In this document: one piece after another, positions 1 to 11,386 of the stretch
Numbering within the stretch: the stretch's first letter is position 1
Layout of the letters: every line of letters starts with the position of its first letter
Source of the DNA: Octopus bimaculoides
Taxonomy: Eukaryota
Assembly (NCBI RefSeq): GCF_001194135.2
Contig: NC_068989.1
Coordinates: 33,246,366 to 33,294,170, forward strand
Direction: 5' to 3'
Length of the DNA: 47,805 nt
The notes under the pieces: generated by a model
Seen by the model: only the letters and a program-made list of their open reading frames with translations
Database searches by the model: none
What the model was told of the DNA's origin: nothing
Made by a program: the position numbers and the translations under genes

Positions 1-486
1 ATATAAAAGCATCAGGCAATATGATATGCTTGAGAAGAACTGTTGAGTTAAGTAAAATCAAAATCGTAGCCATGGCCAGTGCCGCTTGAATGGCTTCCAT
101 GCCGGTGGTACGTGAAATGCACCATCTGTACATGGTCAATGCCAGTGTTCCGTGTCTGGCTCCCTTGCTGGAGACATGTAAAACTTATCATCCGAATGTG
201 CTCAATGCCAGTGCCCCTGATTGTCTCCCATGTCAGTGCCACGTAAAAAGTACCATCTGAACATGGTTGATGCCAGTGCCCCCAGATTGGCCCCTGTACT
301 GGTGGCACATAAAAAGTACCCACTACACTCTCGGAGTGGCTGACATTAAGAAGGGCATCCAGCTGTAGAAACATTGCCAGATGAGATTGGAGCCCAGTGC
401 AGCCCACTGACTTGCCAGACGTCAGTCAAACCATCCGACCCATGCCAGCATAGAAAGTAGTCATTAAATGATGATGATGATGATGA
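1..486 (+). mobile_element. RTE-clade LINE 3' UTR with ~66-bp tandem units and (GAT)n tail (element continues upstream of window)
   Basis: Similar to 39840-40254, the 3' UTR of the RTE ORF in this window. Four units of ATGCCAGTGCC...GTGGCACGTAAAAAGCACCAT, then AAGGGCATCCAGCTGTAGAAAC and ATTAAATGATGATGAT. Confidence 0.85.
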
Positions 487-589
487 TATATATATATATA
501 TATCGAGAGAGAGAACGAGCGAGCGAGTGGTACAATTCTTAGAAATGTTACCAATGTTACACTCTGAAGTCACTACGTGTTTCAGATCT

Positions 590-2610
590 TACAACACACA
601 CCATCTCACATCTTTTTAGCTAGAGCCATCAAGAAGCTTACTCTGCATCCATTATATTATTCCTGATGACTCTTTTACTCATGTAGGATTTCATTTGCCT
701 TACTTAGTAGACTGTCTGTGAATTCTTGACAACCCACCTTCACTAGCAAATATTTTCTTCCACCAATTCCTGAAACAGTCCATCCCCAACCTCTGGTACT
801 TCACTCTTTTCCTCTCTTGCATTTCTTCCATCACTCCGCCTAGGCTCCCCAGAAATCAAGACAATATCTGGTCTCAGGAAGAGCTAGGTAATATGTGAAG
901 GGAATTTCAATTGTTTCTCAAGGTCTAGTCTTATCAGCAAGTAACCCACAGTAGAAAGCAAATTAACAGATATCTTCTTGGATCTTTACTTTGATCGCCC
1001 TTCTTCTTTAGTAAAGACTATCTCCCTGACTGTAGTATAAATATTTCTTCTGTTACTGATCCTTTTGCTGATTGTCTCAGTGATGGTATTGAGATTCTGG
1101 ATGTCTCCAAGGATAGTGTTCCTCACACAATACCTTGAAGCAGCTGCCCTGCATTTATTCAAGGGATCCTGCCTTAGAATGTGTCATGCAAAACTTTGTA
1201 CTATGCCCTATCTATGTAGGGCATAGTTCTATATCTTCTCCAACAAATCCAACCTATATAAATAGGTTGGATATGCTAGAGAAGATATAAAACCCTGAAT
1301 CAAAAACTTTATCCTTTTGAATTCTATTTCCAGATGTTTTGTTGGATGACATTCTGTTCTATCACCTGCTCCCATTTCATCCAGAGACCCAGCTTATGCA
1401 TTGTCACTGCTCTTTGCTTAGACACTTGCACCAGCTTCTGCCTTTCCTTCTAACTAGCTGTATCATATGTGGAACCTGTTGCACTCCTCCTGAGTTCAGC
1501 CCAGCCCTTAGTGAAACTCCCAAGAAGAGCCTTGTTTCCATTGCTCTACTGTCTGCAGAAAAACTTCAGTTGCCTTACACTTCCTCCATGCCCTCTGTAC
1601 CAGAAACTTTGGTATCCTCTGAACTGGTGTCCTATAGGTGTCCCAGTGCTTGTGTCACCCTAAGCTTGTTACTGCTCCTGTACAGCCAATATTGCTAAAG
1701 CTATATAGCAAACTCAGTCATCTACAAAGATGGTAGCTCAAAATGGCTCCACACTACAGTGATGGGGACTTCATAAATAAGCAGAAACCAGAGGATTCTA
1801 GGGAGGATCCTTTGTTGATAGATTCAGATCTTGAATCTTCCTGAGAATTTAGACTTGTCTACAGCTCTCAACTAGCTCACTAGGTCAGCTCTGGTTACTT
1901 TGTTGGAGTATGTGTCCTTCAGACTGCTATTGAAAACCTTCCTGAGACTTTTCATTGATTTTTCTTCAACAAACATCATCTAATTTTCTCCCACTGGAAT
2001 TTAGTAATTTTCCTTAGGACTTGAAACTCATTTGCATCCACACCACAAGCTTCTCTAATTCCTGGAGGATCTGGCTTCATATGCAGTTGTTGTCATTGTG
2101 AGGCCATTTATGAAGGCTCTACTGGATGGTTGCTCTATTTGCTAATGGAACCAGCACTCCTTCTTTGCTGTCTCTGCCAATGCAGAGGGACCCCACAATG
2201 GTACCCCCAGTGATAATCCCCACTTCCAACTGGTGCCAGTCAGATGTCAGCTAGCAAAAGGAAACCCTCAAACTGAACTAGTCAATGATAAATATTTTTT
2301 TGTCTACTGCTGTTTATGTCCAGTGCATTTTCCTCCAGTTTGTATGAACCATAGGTATTTGTCAGATCTAGCCATAGTACAGTCAGGTCCCCTCTTTTCT
2401 TTGTTGCCTTCTTCATAAGTAGGGCTACTACATTTGTGGGTTTAAAGCAACAAAGAACTCCTGGTATACCTTCTTTCTATACTAACATGTCAATGTAATC
2501 CTTACTTAGTAGAAAGATGAATACCAATACCAAAAAAAATATTGCTCTCCATGCCAAGCAAGGGAAAGACACAAAACTGGTTGATTTTTCTGGGCTCTCT
2601 CTCCTCTTGG

Positions 2611-2660
<50 letters not shown>

Positions 2661-3155
2661 CCTCAGCATACCTCTATGGCTAGACACTCTTCCTTCTCTT
2701 CTCAATCAAATTCAGGGCCCTCAAAACCAATGGGGTAGCTTTGAGCAGTTCTTTTAGACTTTATAAGATACACCATCTAAACCTGGTGCTGGGCTAGGTC
2801 TTACTATTTTTGTCACTTCCCTCAAGCAAAATTCCTTCAAATTGAATTCTGACATTGGCTTGCATAATGTTATCAGCACATTGCATGGATCAACCCAATG
2901 GTTGGCATTTTCTGATGATACTCTAATTACTCATAATATGTTCATTGATGATGTCTTTGGAACATGTGAAGCATCCAGACCTCTTCTGAATGAGCAGTTT
3001 TGTAAACATATTGAGGTTAGCCAGGAAAGTAGTTCTCTTCTTTGCAACCCCACCCCTCTCTATCTATCTATCTATTTCTTCCTCCCTCTCTGCTTTCTTT
3101 CATGATTGTCTACTCAGGTCAATTTCAGGAGCACCTTCCTAAGGGTTGCCCATGT
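590..3155 (-). mobile_element. Decayed HERO-like (R2/NeSL-group, restriction-like endonuclease) non-LTR retrotransposon
   Basis: Minus-strand translation with stops and frameshifts gives, in the correct order: SPAPGLDGVSYKV; GIYI-EE; GIPGV; GDLTVLWLDLTNTYGS; WHQLEVGIITG; RAFING (degenerate FMDD); LRKVFNSSLKDT; ILPRILWFLLIYEVP; zinc-knuckle remnant SKAGSLE..SC..YPWRH; RLE domain LDLEKQLKFP..LRPDIVL..MEEMQERKRVKY; VKVGCQEF; AS*WL*LKR. This matches my recall of HERO-family ORFs. Confidence 0.8.
2611..2658. repeat. (TA)n microsatellite inside HERO RT coding sequence
   Basis: Near-perfect TA run with one CA interruption, flanked on both sides by contiguous HERO RT sequence. Confidence 0.95.
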
Positions 3156-3646
3156 ATGTATGTATTGTTACAATACAAGGTTCAAATCATGTTTCATCAC
3201 GTGATATATATCCAATATTCAGCAACAGTGGTTTGTCCAAGTAAGAATTGAACTAGTTTCAGTTCTGCTCTGTGTGTCAAGCAGTTTTCATAAAGAAACA
3301 AGGATAATTCGTTTATCAATTAGTTGTTTCTCTTGTAATCTGTAAACGTTTCAATTCTATGATGTAAGGGAGACAATCATTGGATTTATTGAGGTTATTT
3401 GCTCTTATATACCGTTACATGTACAGACAAATGGGGTAACTTTTTCTACTGTTACACAGGAGAAAAAGGAGTTTTTAGTACTGTGAGATGTTATAGTACG
3501 AAGAAGTGTCCTTGATGTTGTATTTGACTTCCATCAAATATTAAAATATAGTTCTTGGTTTCAGTGTGTAGGCATGATTCTTTTACTTTGTTCTTTAACT
3601 GTGAGTGTAGATTGTTATTATGCTTTTACTGTCGAGAGTACTACTA

Positions 3647-4473
3647 TACGAGGTGCATTCCATAAGTTTTGAGATGTCTTTTAGTTTAGGAGTAGCAGTT
3701 ATAACTGTTGTAGATTATTGTAAGTTTCGTATGTCATTACAGTACATCTAATAAGCTGACCTACCAATTTTTATTATTCTAGATTGAAGGAGACAGCTGT
3801 AACAATACTTTAAACACACCCTACTAATCACTGCTTGTCACAGCTGACTAGTTTGCAGAATGCAGTCAGGATGTGAAGATAATTTGGAAGCTTGCTATGC
3901 AATAGAGTTCTGTGTTAAATTTGGCAAAACACTACAGAAACTTATGAAACACTCCAGACTGCTTATAGATTTAACTTGTATGAGCTGAGCATCTGCTTTA
4001 TGCTGGCACAAGAAACCAGACAAAGAAAGTCCACTGAGCAGCTCATGATGATCCTTTCTTACGAAAGCAAGGGCATTATCTACATCCACTGAGTTTCGTC
4101 TGGCCATATGGTTAACAAAGAGTACTTTGTGGAAGTTTTGAAGGAGTTGAAGAAGAGATTTCATCGCAAAAGGTCAGAGGTCTTCCACTCAGGTCAATAG
4201 CACCTACACTGGGACAATGTGCTACTCCACAATTCCATCTCGGTAACCAACTACTTGACAGAGATGGGCATCAGAACTGTCCCTCACCCTTCCTACAGTT
4301 CAGACCTTGCTCCCTGCGACTTTTGGTTGATCCCCAAGCTGAAGATGATGAAGGAGGCTATTACAAGGGTTCTGGACACCCTCACTTTGGAGAACTTTCA
4401 TGGGGCCTTCACAAAGAGGTTGGAGCACTACAAGTGTATTGAAATCAGCGGATCCTATTTTGAAGGAGATTAG
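3647..4473 (+). mobile_element. Internally deleted mariner (DD34D) transposon relic
   Basis: Starts TA|TACGAGGTGCATTC (mariner-like terminus). N-terminal YAIEFCVKFGK. Catalytic region HWDNVLLH...PSYSSDLAPCDFWLIPKLK with 34 residues between the two aspartates. C-terminus GSYFEGD*. The 3' TIR was not found (a SINE tail follows). Confidence 0.85.
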
Positions 4474-4475
4474 AG

Positions 4476-4532
4476 TTTTATTCTTTTATTTGTTTCAGTC
4501 ATTTCACTCCTGCAATGTTGGAGCACCGCCTT
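4476..4532 (-). mobile_element. 5'-truncated SINE tail (family A)
   Basis: Reverse complement AAGGCGGTGCTCCAACATTG..AAATGACTGAAACAAATAAAAGAATAAAA matches the SINE 3' end at 16966-17015. Confidence 0.75.
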
Positions 4533-5429
4533 AAAATCAATAAATGTTTCTCCTGAAAAACTATCAAAACTTGTAGGTCACTTTCATGTAATTTGTACTT
4601 TAAACATAGTCCTGTAACTATGCTGACTGGGAAAATACTTATCTATCAACTTCAAAAATTCTTATTCATGTTAGTCTTTACATTTAGAGAGAAGGGTGTG
4701 AGATGAACATATATTCTGATGTATATTCTTGGGTCAATGAGGTTGATAAGTTAGGTGTGTAACTAATCTGTGTATTGATGAATCCACTATTTGCTAAAGC
4801 ATTATTGTAAGGTTCAGTTCAATCAAAGAACTTTTGACATTGGAGGTTTTTATTTGAATGTTTTTAACTAAGAGTTATATTTGAATGTTTTAGAAGTTTG
4901 CTATAGGGTTTGTCTGTGTAAATAAATCAAGGGTAATATCCAGAAAGTTAGCCTGTGAAAGGTACTAATCAGTTCTTTTTTCTAAACCTATCTCAGATAC
5001 AGATATTGACATGGGTAGTTACAGCTAGACCATCATCCCAGTTTATACCAATGTTATGGTTACTAAATTTGAGAATGTTTACAACTGTACCTTCATTAGA
5101 TTAGATAACATCAAAGGTTTTTTATTCATTACACAACAGTAGTAAAACTGACAACCATCTTAATACTTCGAACCTTTGTACTGTAATAATATATATATGC
5201 ACTCAACAAACATATTGAGTTTTCTATTTATTCTATGCTATTACAATCTGCTGGTAATACTACAGTATTTTGAGCTCCTACATGACAGAATGTTTGCATA
5301 GACACAGCTATACAATAACTGAATGGCTGGTGAGACACCAAATGTACTAGGGCCTACTCCACAAAAAAAACCCTACAGCAAAAACACTTAGATTATTCAG
5401 TTAAGAATATCCCAAACCCATTAAATATC

Positions 5430-7790
5430 ATTTGCTCTTAGGACAGTGGTTGGTAAGGTCAGAAAGATTAACCTTCGAGAGAATGGGACACACTGATTGG
5501 ATATTTATAGATTTAAAGACAGATTGTTGTAGAAAGAAAAAACTTGAAAACTTAGGCAAATATCGAAGTGCTCTCTGAGGTGCACTGTTTGAGTATAATG
5601 GAAGGGATTTTGTCATGGCCTTGTTGGTTTGCAGTGATCAGAGTGTTTCTGTACTTAGTATACATGTGTACTTGATGAAGAAAGTTGCAGAATGAAGAAG
5701 TAAAATTTTGATAGAGTTGTACTTATATGTGTGCAATGTAAAGTTGTATATGCAGTGGGTAGTAAACATAGGAGTTGTCTTTGCAAGAATACTACCTACA
5801 GAGCAATAATTTTGAAGAGTGGTAGACAGGGGGAGTTAGAAGAGATCCTTTTGGCAAATGACAAGAATAAAGTGCAATTTTGAAGGCTTCAAAACTATGT
5901 AATGCATAAAGCCATTTAATGCTTCATAAATGGTTGTCTTGCATGAGTTCCAGTAGTAGGTAGAAGCTACTCAAAAAGTAAAGATGGGTGATTTTAGCAA
6001 AACTGCAGAATATTTGCTGAAATGTTAAAGGCTTTAGATAGAATTCCTATTAAACAAGATACTTACTTATTTAATCAAGTTTATGAAGAAAGGTATCTCC
6101 AATAATTGGTATCTACTGTTACAAATACAAAGATGCACTAATTGCAGTAACATTAAAGAATTCTTAAGTTAACAGTTCAAAGAATCGGTGCAAAGTTAAT
6201 GCAAGATTGAGTTAGATTTGATCAGATATATTTCAGGTTCGTACCTGGACATGGAAATACATTTTAAGGTGTTTCTGGTGAGAAACACTTAAAGTGAAAA
6301 GTTCATCCATTACAAGCAATGATACCTAGCATCTGCTAACATGAAGAACAGTCCACTGTTCTACAATGCAACAGATACAAAGAAGGTAATCTGTGGATGA
6401 ACAGCCAGTGAGAAAATTCAGCATTCAGTCAGAATTGATAATGAATCCAGTAATTTTACGAACAGGTTCATATGGATTGTTTTTTGTTTTTTTTTTATAA
6501 TCCTTGACATCACATAGTACTTCAAGCTAGAAATACTAGGGAGCTTCTATGTAGGCAATAACTTAGCTCACATTATAGAATCTGTTTAAAAATTGTTGGA
6601 AAAGCTTGAAACTTGAAAGGATGTCTACTGGAGTTTCATTCATATGTCATCAGTTTGATATTAAATTGGCCTATTGCGGACTCTCAGATCTGACACATTA
6701 TTGATTCTAGCATACCCTCAAGGTTTGCATATGAAAGACTGACACAAAAGCAGACCTTCAGCACAAGAGTGATTACTAGGAGAGCCAGCCTTGAAATGAA
6801 AGTAAATTACCTATGATGCAATTAGAGCTGGAGATGGACTTGGTGAGATTATGAAAACAAGAACAATAGAAAGGATAGTTAAAGCTTTGTTATTTCTTCA
6901 GGTACTAATGAGTTTTTCCTCTTGGTAGCAAGAGAGGAAGATATACAGCAACTGGAGAGAAATGATGTAGAAATAAGCCACACCCAAACAGTTGAAGGAA
7001 TCTGGGGTAGAGGTAGACCCAGGAAGACATGGGATGAGGTGGTCAAGCATGACCTTTGAACGTTGGGCCTCATAGAGGCAATGACGAAAGACCGAGACCT
7101 CTGAAGATACACTGTCACTGCGAAGACCGGACAAATAAAGTGAGTTCATGGCTGTATCCTACACCAGTTTCGCATAACCAGCCTCAGCCCATTCAAAAGT
7201 ACCTTGGATCATAGAACGACCTGCTGTGCTTACCTTGGATCATAGGGTGACCTGCTGTGCTTGAGGAGACCTACTGAGTCAAGTACATCAACATCAAAAT
7301 AAAAATCAAATGGAAATTGTAGTTGTGATACCCGTGCCGGTGGCACGTAAAAAGCATCCACTATACTCACGGAGTGGTTGGCGTTAGGAAGGGCATCCAG
7401 CTGTAGAAACACTGCCAGATCAGACTGGATCCTGGTGCAGCCTCCTGGCTTCCCAGACCCCGGTCGAACCGTCCAACCCATGCTAGTATGAAAAACGGAC
7501 GTTAAACGATGATGATGATGATAATCTACCATAAAGATTGAGTACAAATGAGTTGAGGAAGAAGCTAGGATATCAAAAACATTGATCAGTGTGCAGGAAA
7601 GACAGCTGTGAATATGTAATGTAGTTGGATGACACACACTAGCTGAAAAATTGTTATCAGTTGATGGTGAAGCACAACTGTAGTGAAAAAGTCCAAGAAA
7701 AATATGGGAAGAAATGATAAGGTGAAATTTGTGCCCTTTAATGAAATAAGGCATGACTGAGTAAATGATGACATGCTACATTGCAGACTT
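5430..7790 (+). mobile_element. Very old RTE LINE relic, interrupted by a younger RTE 3' fragment
   Basis: Degenerate motifs VRFDQIYFRFVPG (cf. LDEMQFGFVPG, ~6215-6250) and, after the nested insert, STNELRKKLG (~7545) followed by a decayed GRPRK-like region. Many stops. Confidence 0.45.
6990..7522 (+). mobile_element. 5'-truncated RTE LINE 3' end with UTR and (GAT)n tail
   Basis: TVEGIWGRGRPRKTWDEVVKHDL..GLIEAMTKDRDL..TAKTGQIK*, closely like 39620-39780. UTR carries a 31-bp tandem duplication (7200-7261) and ends GTTAAACGATGATGATGATG. Confidence 0.9.
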
Positions 7791-8930
7791 GTCCAACTAA
7801 TGTTAACATGAGAAAACAGATGTTAAGATGCTGAGAGTAGTGAAACAATTGCAGAAAATAAATTTGATGGAGTATGACCTGTGAGAATGAAAAATTCTAA
7901 AGAATGTTCTGCTGGCCTTCAACAGAAAAATGGCCTTATAAAAGAATTATTCAAGGTATTTTTTCTTACAATCATACTTTTTTGTATTTTGATTTGAACA
8001 ATGAAGAAAATTATCTGAAAAACAGTGCAATAACTGAGAAAATGGCTACAGCAAAACACAACTGAGATGAACTTTGTCATCGCTTCTGCTTCTAATACTG
8101 TTCCATCTATCTCATTGTACCACATTTCATACACGCTATTAGAAATACATATTTTATTTAAGCCTTCCTTCTCAAAAAATACATCCTTCTAAATTCTTTC
8201 CTGCAAGCATCAAGAACATTAGTCATACAAAATCTTACATTTCTCAGTTTAGGAGGGCATTAAAAGTGAAACTATCAGTCTAACAATTTAAAAACATAAC
8301 GCTAGGTAACAAAAACATTTTAAAGCTGGATTTTGGCTGAATGTAAAGCAAAATACTACTAGTGACCCATCAGAAATAAATACAGTAAACAAAAAAGAAA
8401 CCAAACCAGAATATGAGTCCAGAAAACAATTTGAAACACTTGGTACCTCAGCTTGGAGAGTTTCGGAGCTTTATCACTCAATCCGGTCAACTCTGACTAG
8501 CTTACAAGTAATATTTGTTCAAACCGGCGTACTGAGCATAATCAACATATATCTAAGTGAAAAATCCATGACAGTTTTTCTCTCACCTTTCTTACTGGAA
8601 TAGCTGACATCTGTTCTAAAACTCCGCCGAAGAATTTTATATCGAAAATCTACTCCCTAAATAATAAATAAATCATAGAAATTAAAAACTTTATCGTAAT
8701 AAGTTAAACATATTTTCCTAAAATGATAATGTTTTGTGTTGTCAGTTAAATATTACACACATATTATATTCATAGACGTTCTTTTCCCAAATATTCATAT
8801 TCAACAAGAATTTTCTTCATTTAAATTCTAAATTATCATGTTTTAAAGCCATTACAGGAGAACATACGTGTACGAAAATAAATATCAATAACATATTGTA
8901 CCCTTCTTCGCAAAAACTGGCCTATTACAA

Positions 8931-9125
8931 AATAATCTGAGGGAGCCCCAACGTGGTATTTCGATCTGCTAGAAACAGCCGCGAAATCCCCCTACAGTCT
9001 TAAAGCACATACACACATTGGATAATATAGTCGTGACTATAATGTCTACACTAAAAAAAAAATTATTAGATAATCACGATTGGAACGCCTTTGATCATAG
9101 GGTCTGCTGAATCAGGACGACAGGA
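8931..9125 (+). repeat. Unclassified short interspersed repeat (related copy inverted at ~42140-42285)
   Basis: TTCGATCTGCTAGAAACAGCCGCGAAATCCCCC resembles the reverse complement of GAGGGAGATTTGGCTGTTATTTCTAACAGGTCGAA at ~42236-42270. Confidence 0.45.
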
Positions 9126-10339
9126 ATTTAATAGTGGAAACAAAAACGTGTTTCAAAGGGGGAAATCTAAATAGAATTGAGTCGAAGCAGAATTAGATGG
9201 AGAATGAAACAGTTTGACAGCGTTTGGGAGAATGTGTTGAAGATCGGCTTTTGAAAAGCAACAACTAGATTACAGATGATAAATAAGCGATGGTTGTAAG
9301 GATAGTTAGAATAATTGGTTATGGACACCGAAATGATATTTTTTATTAAGATAACTGTCTATCATTTTACCTTTAAGGAAATGGTAGCATAATTAAATTA
9401 AGGTGAAGCGATAGACAGGCTAAAACAATCTCTAAAAAATATTGTTCGCTATAAACAATTACAAAAAACAAATCTGTAGTTATCACTAAAATAGTTATTC
9501 GGAGTATCAATTTCACATCGGTAAAAAAAACTCAAACGGTGAAGAACTTAAAAGAACCATCTAAATAAAAGCACTTCTTAACATGAAATACATAAGTAAA
9601 AAGATTACGAAACAAATGCAAATAGTTGATAAACACATAAGATGAAGCTATATTAAAATATATTTACTTAGCAAAGAGATTTATGAATTTGTGTTGCAAG
9701 ACACCTTATGTGAACTCGTGTGTTGAAACAGATATTGTTGTATTTACCTAAACAAAAGGACATATCTTAATAGGGGAAAAATTGAAGATGAAATGCTTGA
9801 CAGTAATGTCTTTCACAAAAATAATGATCACCTTTAATCAATCAACTATATTCTGGTATAATCGAAATTGATTATAATACTGAAATCTAACGGGAAAGTC
9901 AAGATTCAATTAAAATTAGGATGGAATTAATCTTTGTAAACTGAGAATTAATTAACTATCGATTCTAGTAAACAGAGAAATGATCTATTACGAAAAACTT
10001 AAATTTAAATTTAATCATCGGATTAAAATAGTTATTTTACATATTCTCCGAAAACTGATAAAGAAGATGAATTGACAAATAGACCCTCATTTTGTGATCA
10101 CGTGCTAAGTTTTCGGTATAGGCAACTTGGTCGGAGAGCCAGCATCAAAAACCCTAGATAGGTGTGGTTCTGGATAATAACTGTTGCAGATGTATTTAGA
10201 ATGGATTCATAGTGATAACAGTACCCCAATGTCTTAGCAGGGCGGAAGCTGAATTGTAATACCCCCTCCCCATCCTCATGTCTTATACTACAAATAATCA
10301 ATTACAATGAAACTATTTTCCTACTCCTCATGGCAGAGT

Positions 10340-10600
10340 ACTTATACGATATAATCAATAAAAATATTTCCTCACCTGAGACTCTACTGAGGGTCGAAGG
10401 TGTGAGAGAAGCGATGTCGACAACTCGAAAGTTAAGGTAACGACGGTAAACCCGACCACTTACAGGCGTTCAACGCCATATTACTTAACGTTTGTGTCGG
10501 CGAGATGTAGTGAGATCTCGATTATCATCACCATGGAAGATTGGGAACGGTGCCACGCGATCTTTGTCAGCCACAACTACTGACACCCTATATAGGAGAA
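10340..10600. promoter_or_regulatory. CpG-rich candidate promoter / first-exon region
   Basis: Locally CpG-dense within CpG-poor flanks. Minus strand has ATG GCG TTG AAC GCC T|GTAAGT (10479-10464) and CAG|GTGAGG (10376). Plus strand has ATGTCG...AAG|GTAACG (~10413-10436). No protein recognised. Confidence 0.35.
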
Positions 10601-11171
10601 ATCAAAATTAAAGAGATTTTAATATTTTGTTGTTTTTACAAATACTTTATAATGAAAACCATTAAAATTTTCGCGAAATTTTTTAAAGGGAAAATATCTG
10701 ATGATTATTAGGCTGTAAAGATCGAAAGAAAAAATTACTTCAACAGAGATTTTTAAATGTTAATAAATTGAGATTTGATGTAACTATGGTAACCTTCGAA
10801 TTATATTGGGGGATTCCTCTACGACAGGTTACAGGTAAGCCTATAATCATTAATACTTTATTCAAGTAGAAAATAGGAGCATGATTCTCCCCACTACATC
10901 AAGATAACTGAGTATTCAATATAATAATCTGTTTTAACCATGTCAACACAATTTCAGATTCAGGTAAGAGGTTAAAAAGATTTCAACTTGATACTCAGTT
11001 CTTTGATTTATCACCAGTTTTTAATAAGTTTCCAAAAAATTTAAGGATGAATTGATGCTGTTTTTAGAAAGTCAATCATTATGGGATTGTCTTTTTCCTA
11101 AATATCAGTTATATGTCTGATACATGGAAGAAATATGCCCAGTAAATGTAAGATATGAACATATAATAATA

Positions 11172-11386
11172 ATCTTTTCTTATTTTGGCACAAGGCCAGC
11201 AAATTTGAGAGGTTGGGTAAGTCAATAACATTGATCCCCATGCTCAAATAGTACTTATTTTATTGAACCTGAAAGGATAAAAGGCAAAATCACTTTCAGC
11301 AACATTTAAACTCAGAATGTAAAGTCAGAAAAAATGCCACTAAGCATTTTGTATGTTGCAGTAATGATTCTGCCAACTCACCATCT
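11172..11386 (-). mobile_element. SINE family B with 18-bp target-site duplication
   Basis: Reverse complement resembles the SINE at 46621-46775 (GGTGAGTTGGCAGAATCATT...CATTCTGAGTTTAAATG...TTTTGCCTTTTATCC). TATGAACATATAATAATA occurs at 11154-11171 and 11387-11404. Confidence 0.8.

Noticed and set aside
60-330. CRISPR-like array (also considered for 19656-19750 and 39905-40090)
   Set aside because: These are head-to-tail tandem units without unique spacers, inside eukaryotic retroelements, with no cas genes.
1339-1698. Plus-strand ORF starting MLDDIL, resembling an RT YxDD motif or DIRS
   Set aside because: It is the antisense of the HERO ORF; the minus strand gives a colinear family match.
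8040-8134. Similarity of YEMWYNEIDGTVLEAE to CCDC51/MITOK
   Set aside because: Only a few scattered residues match, and the downstream sequence does not continue the match.
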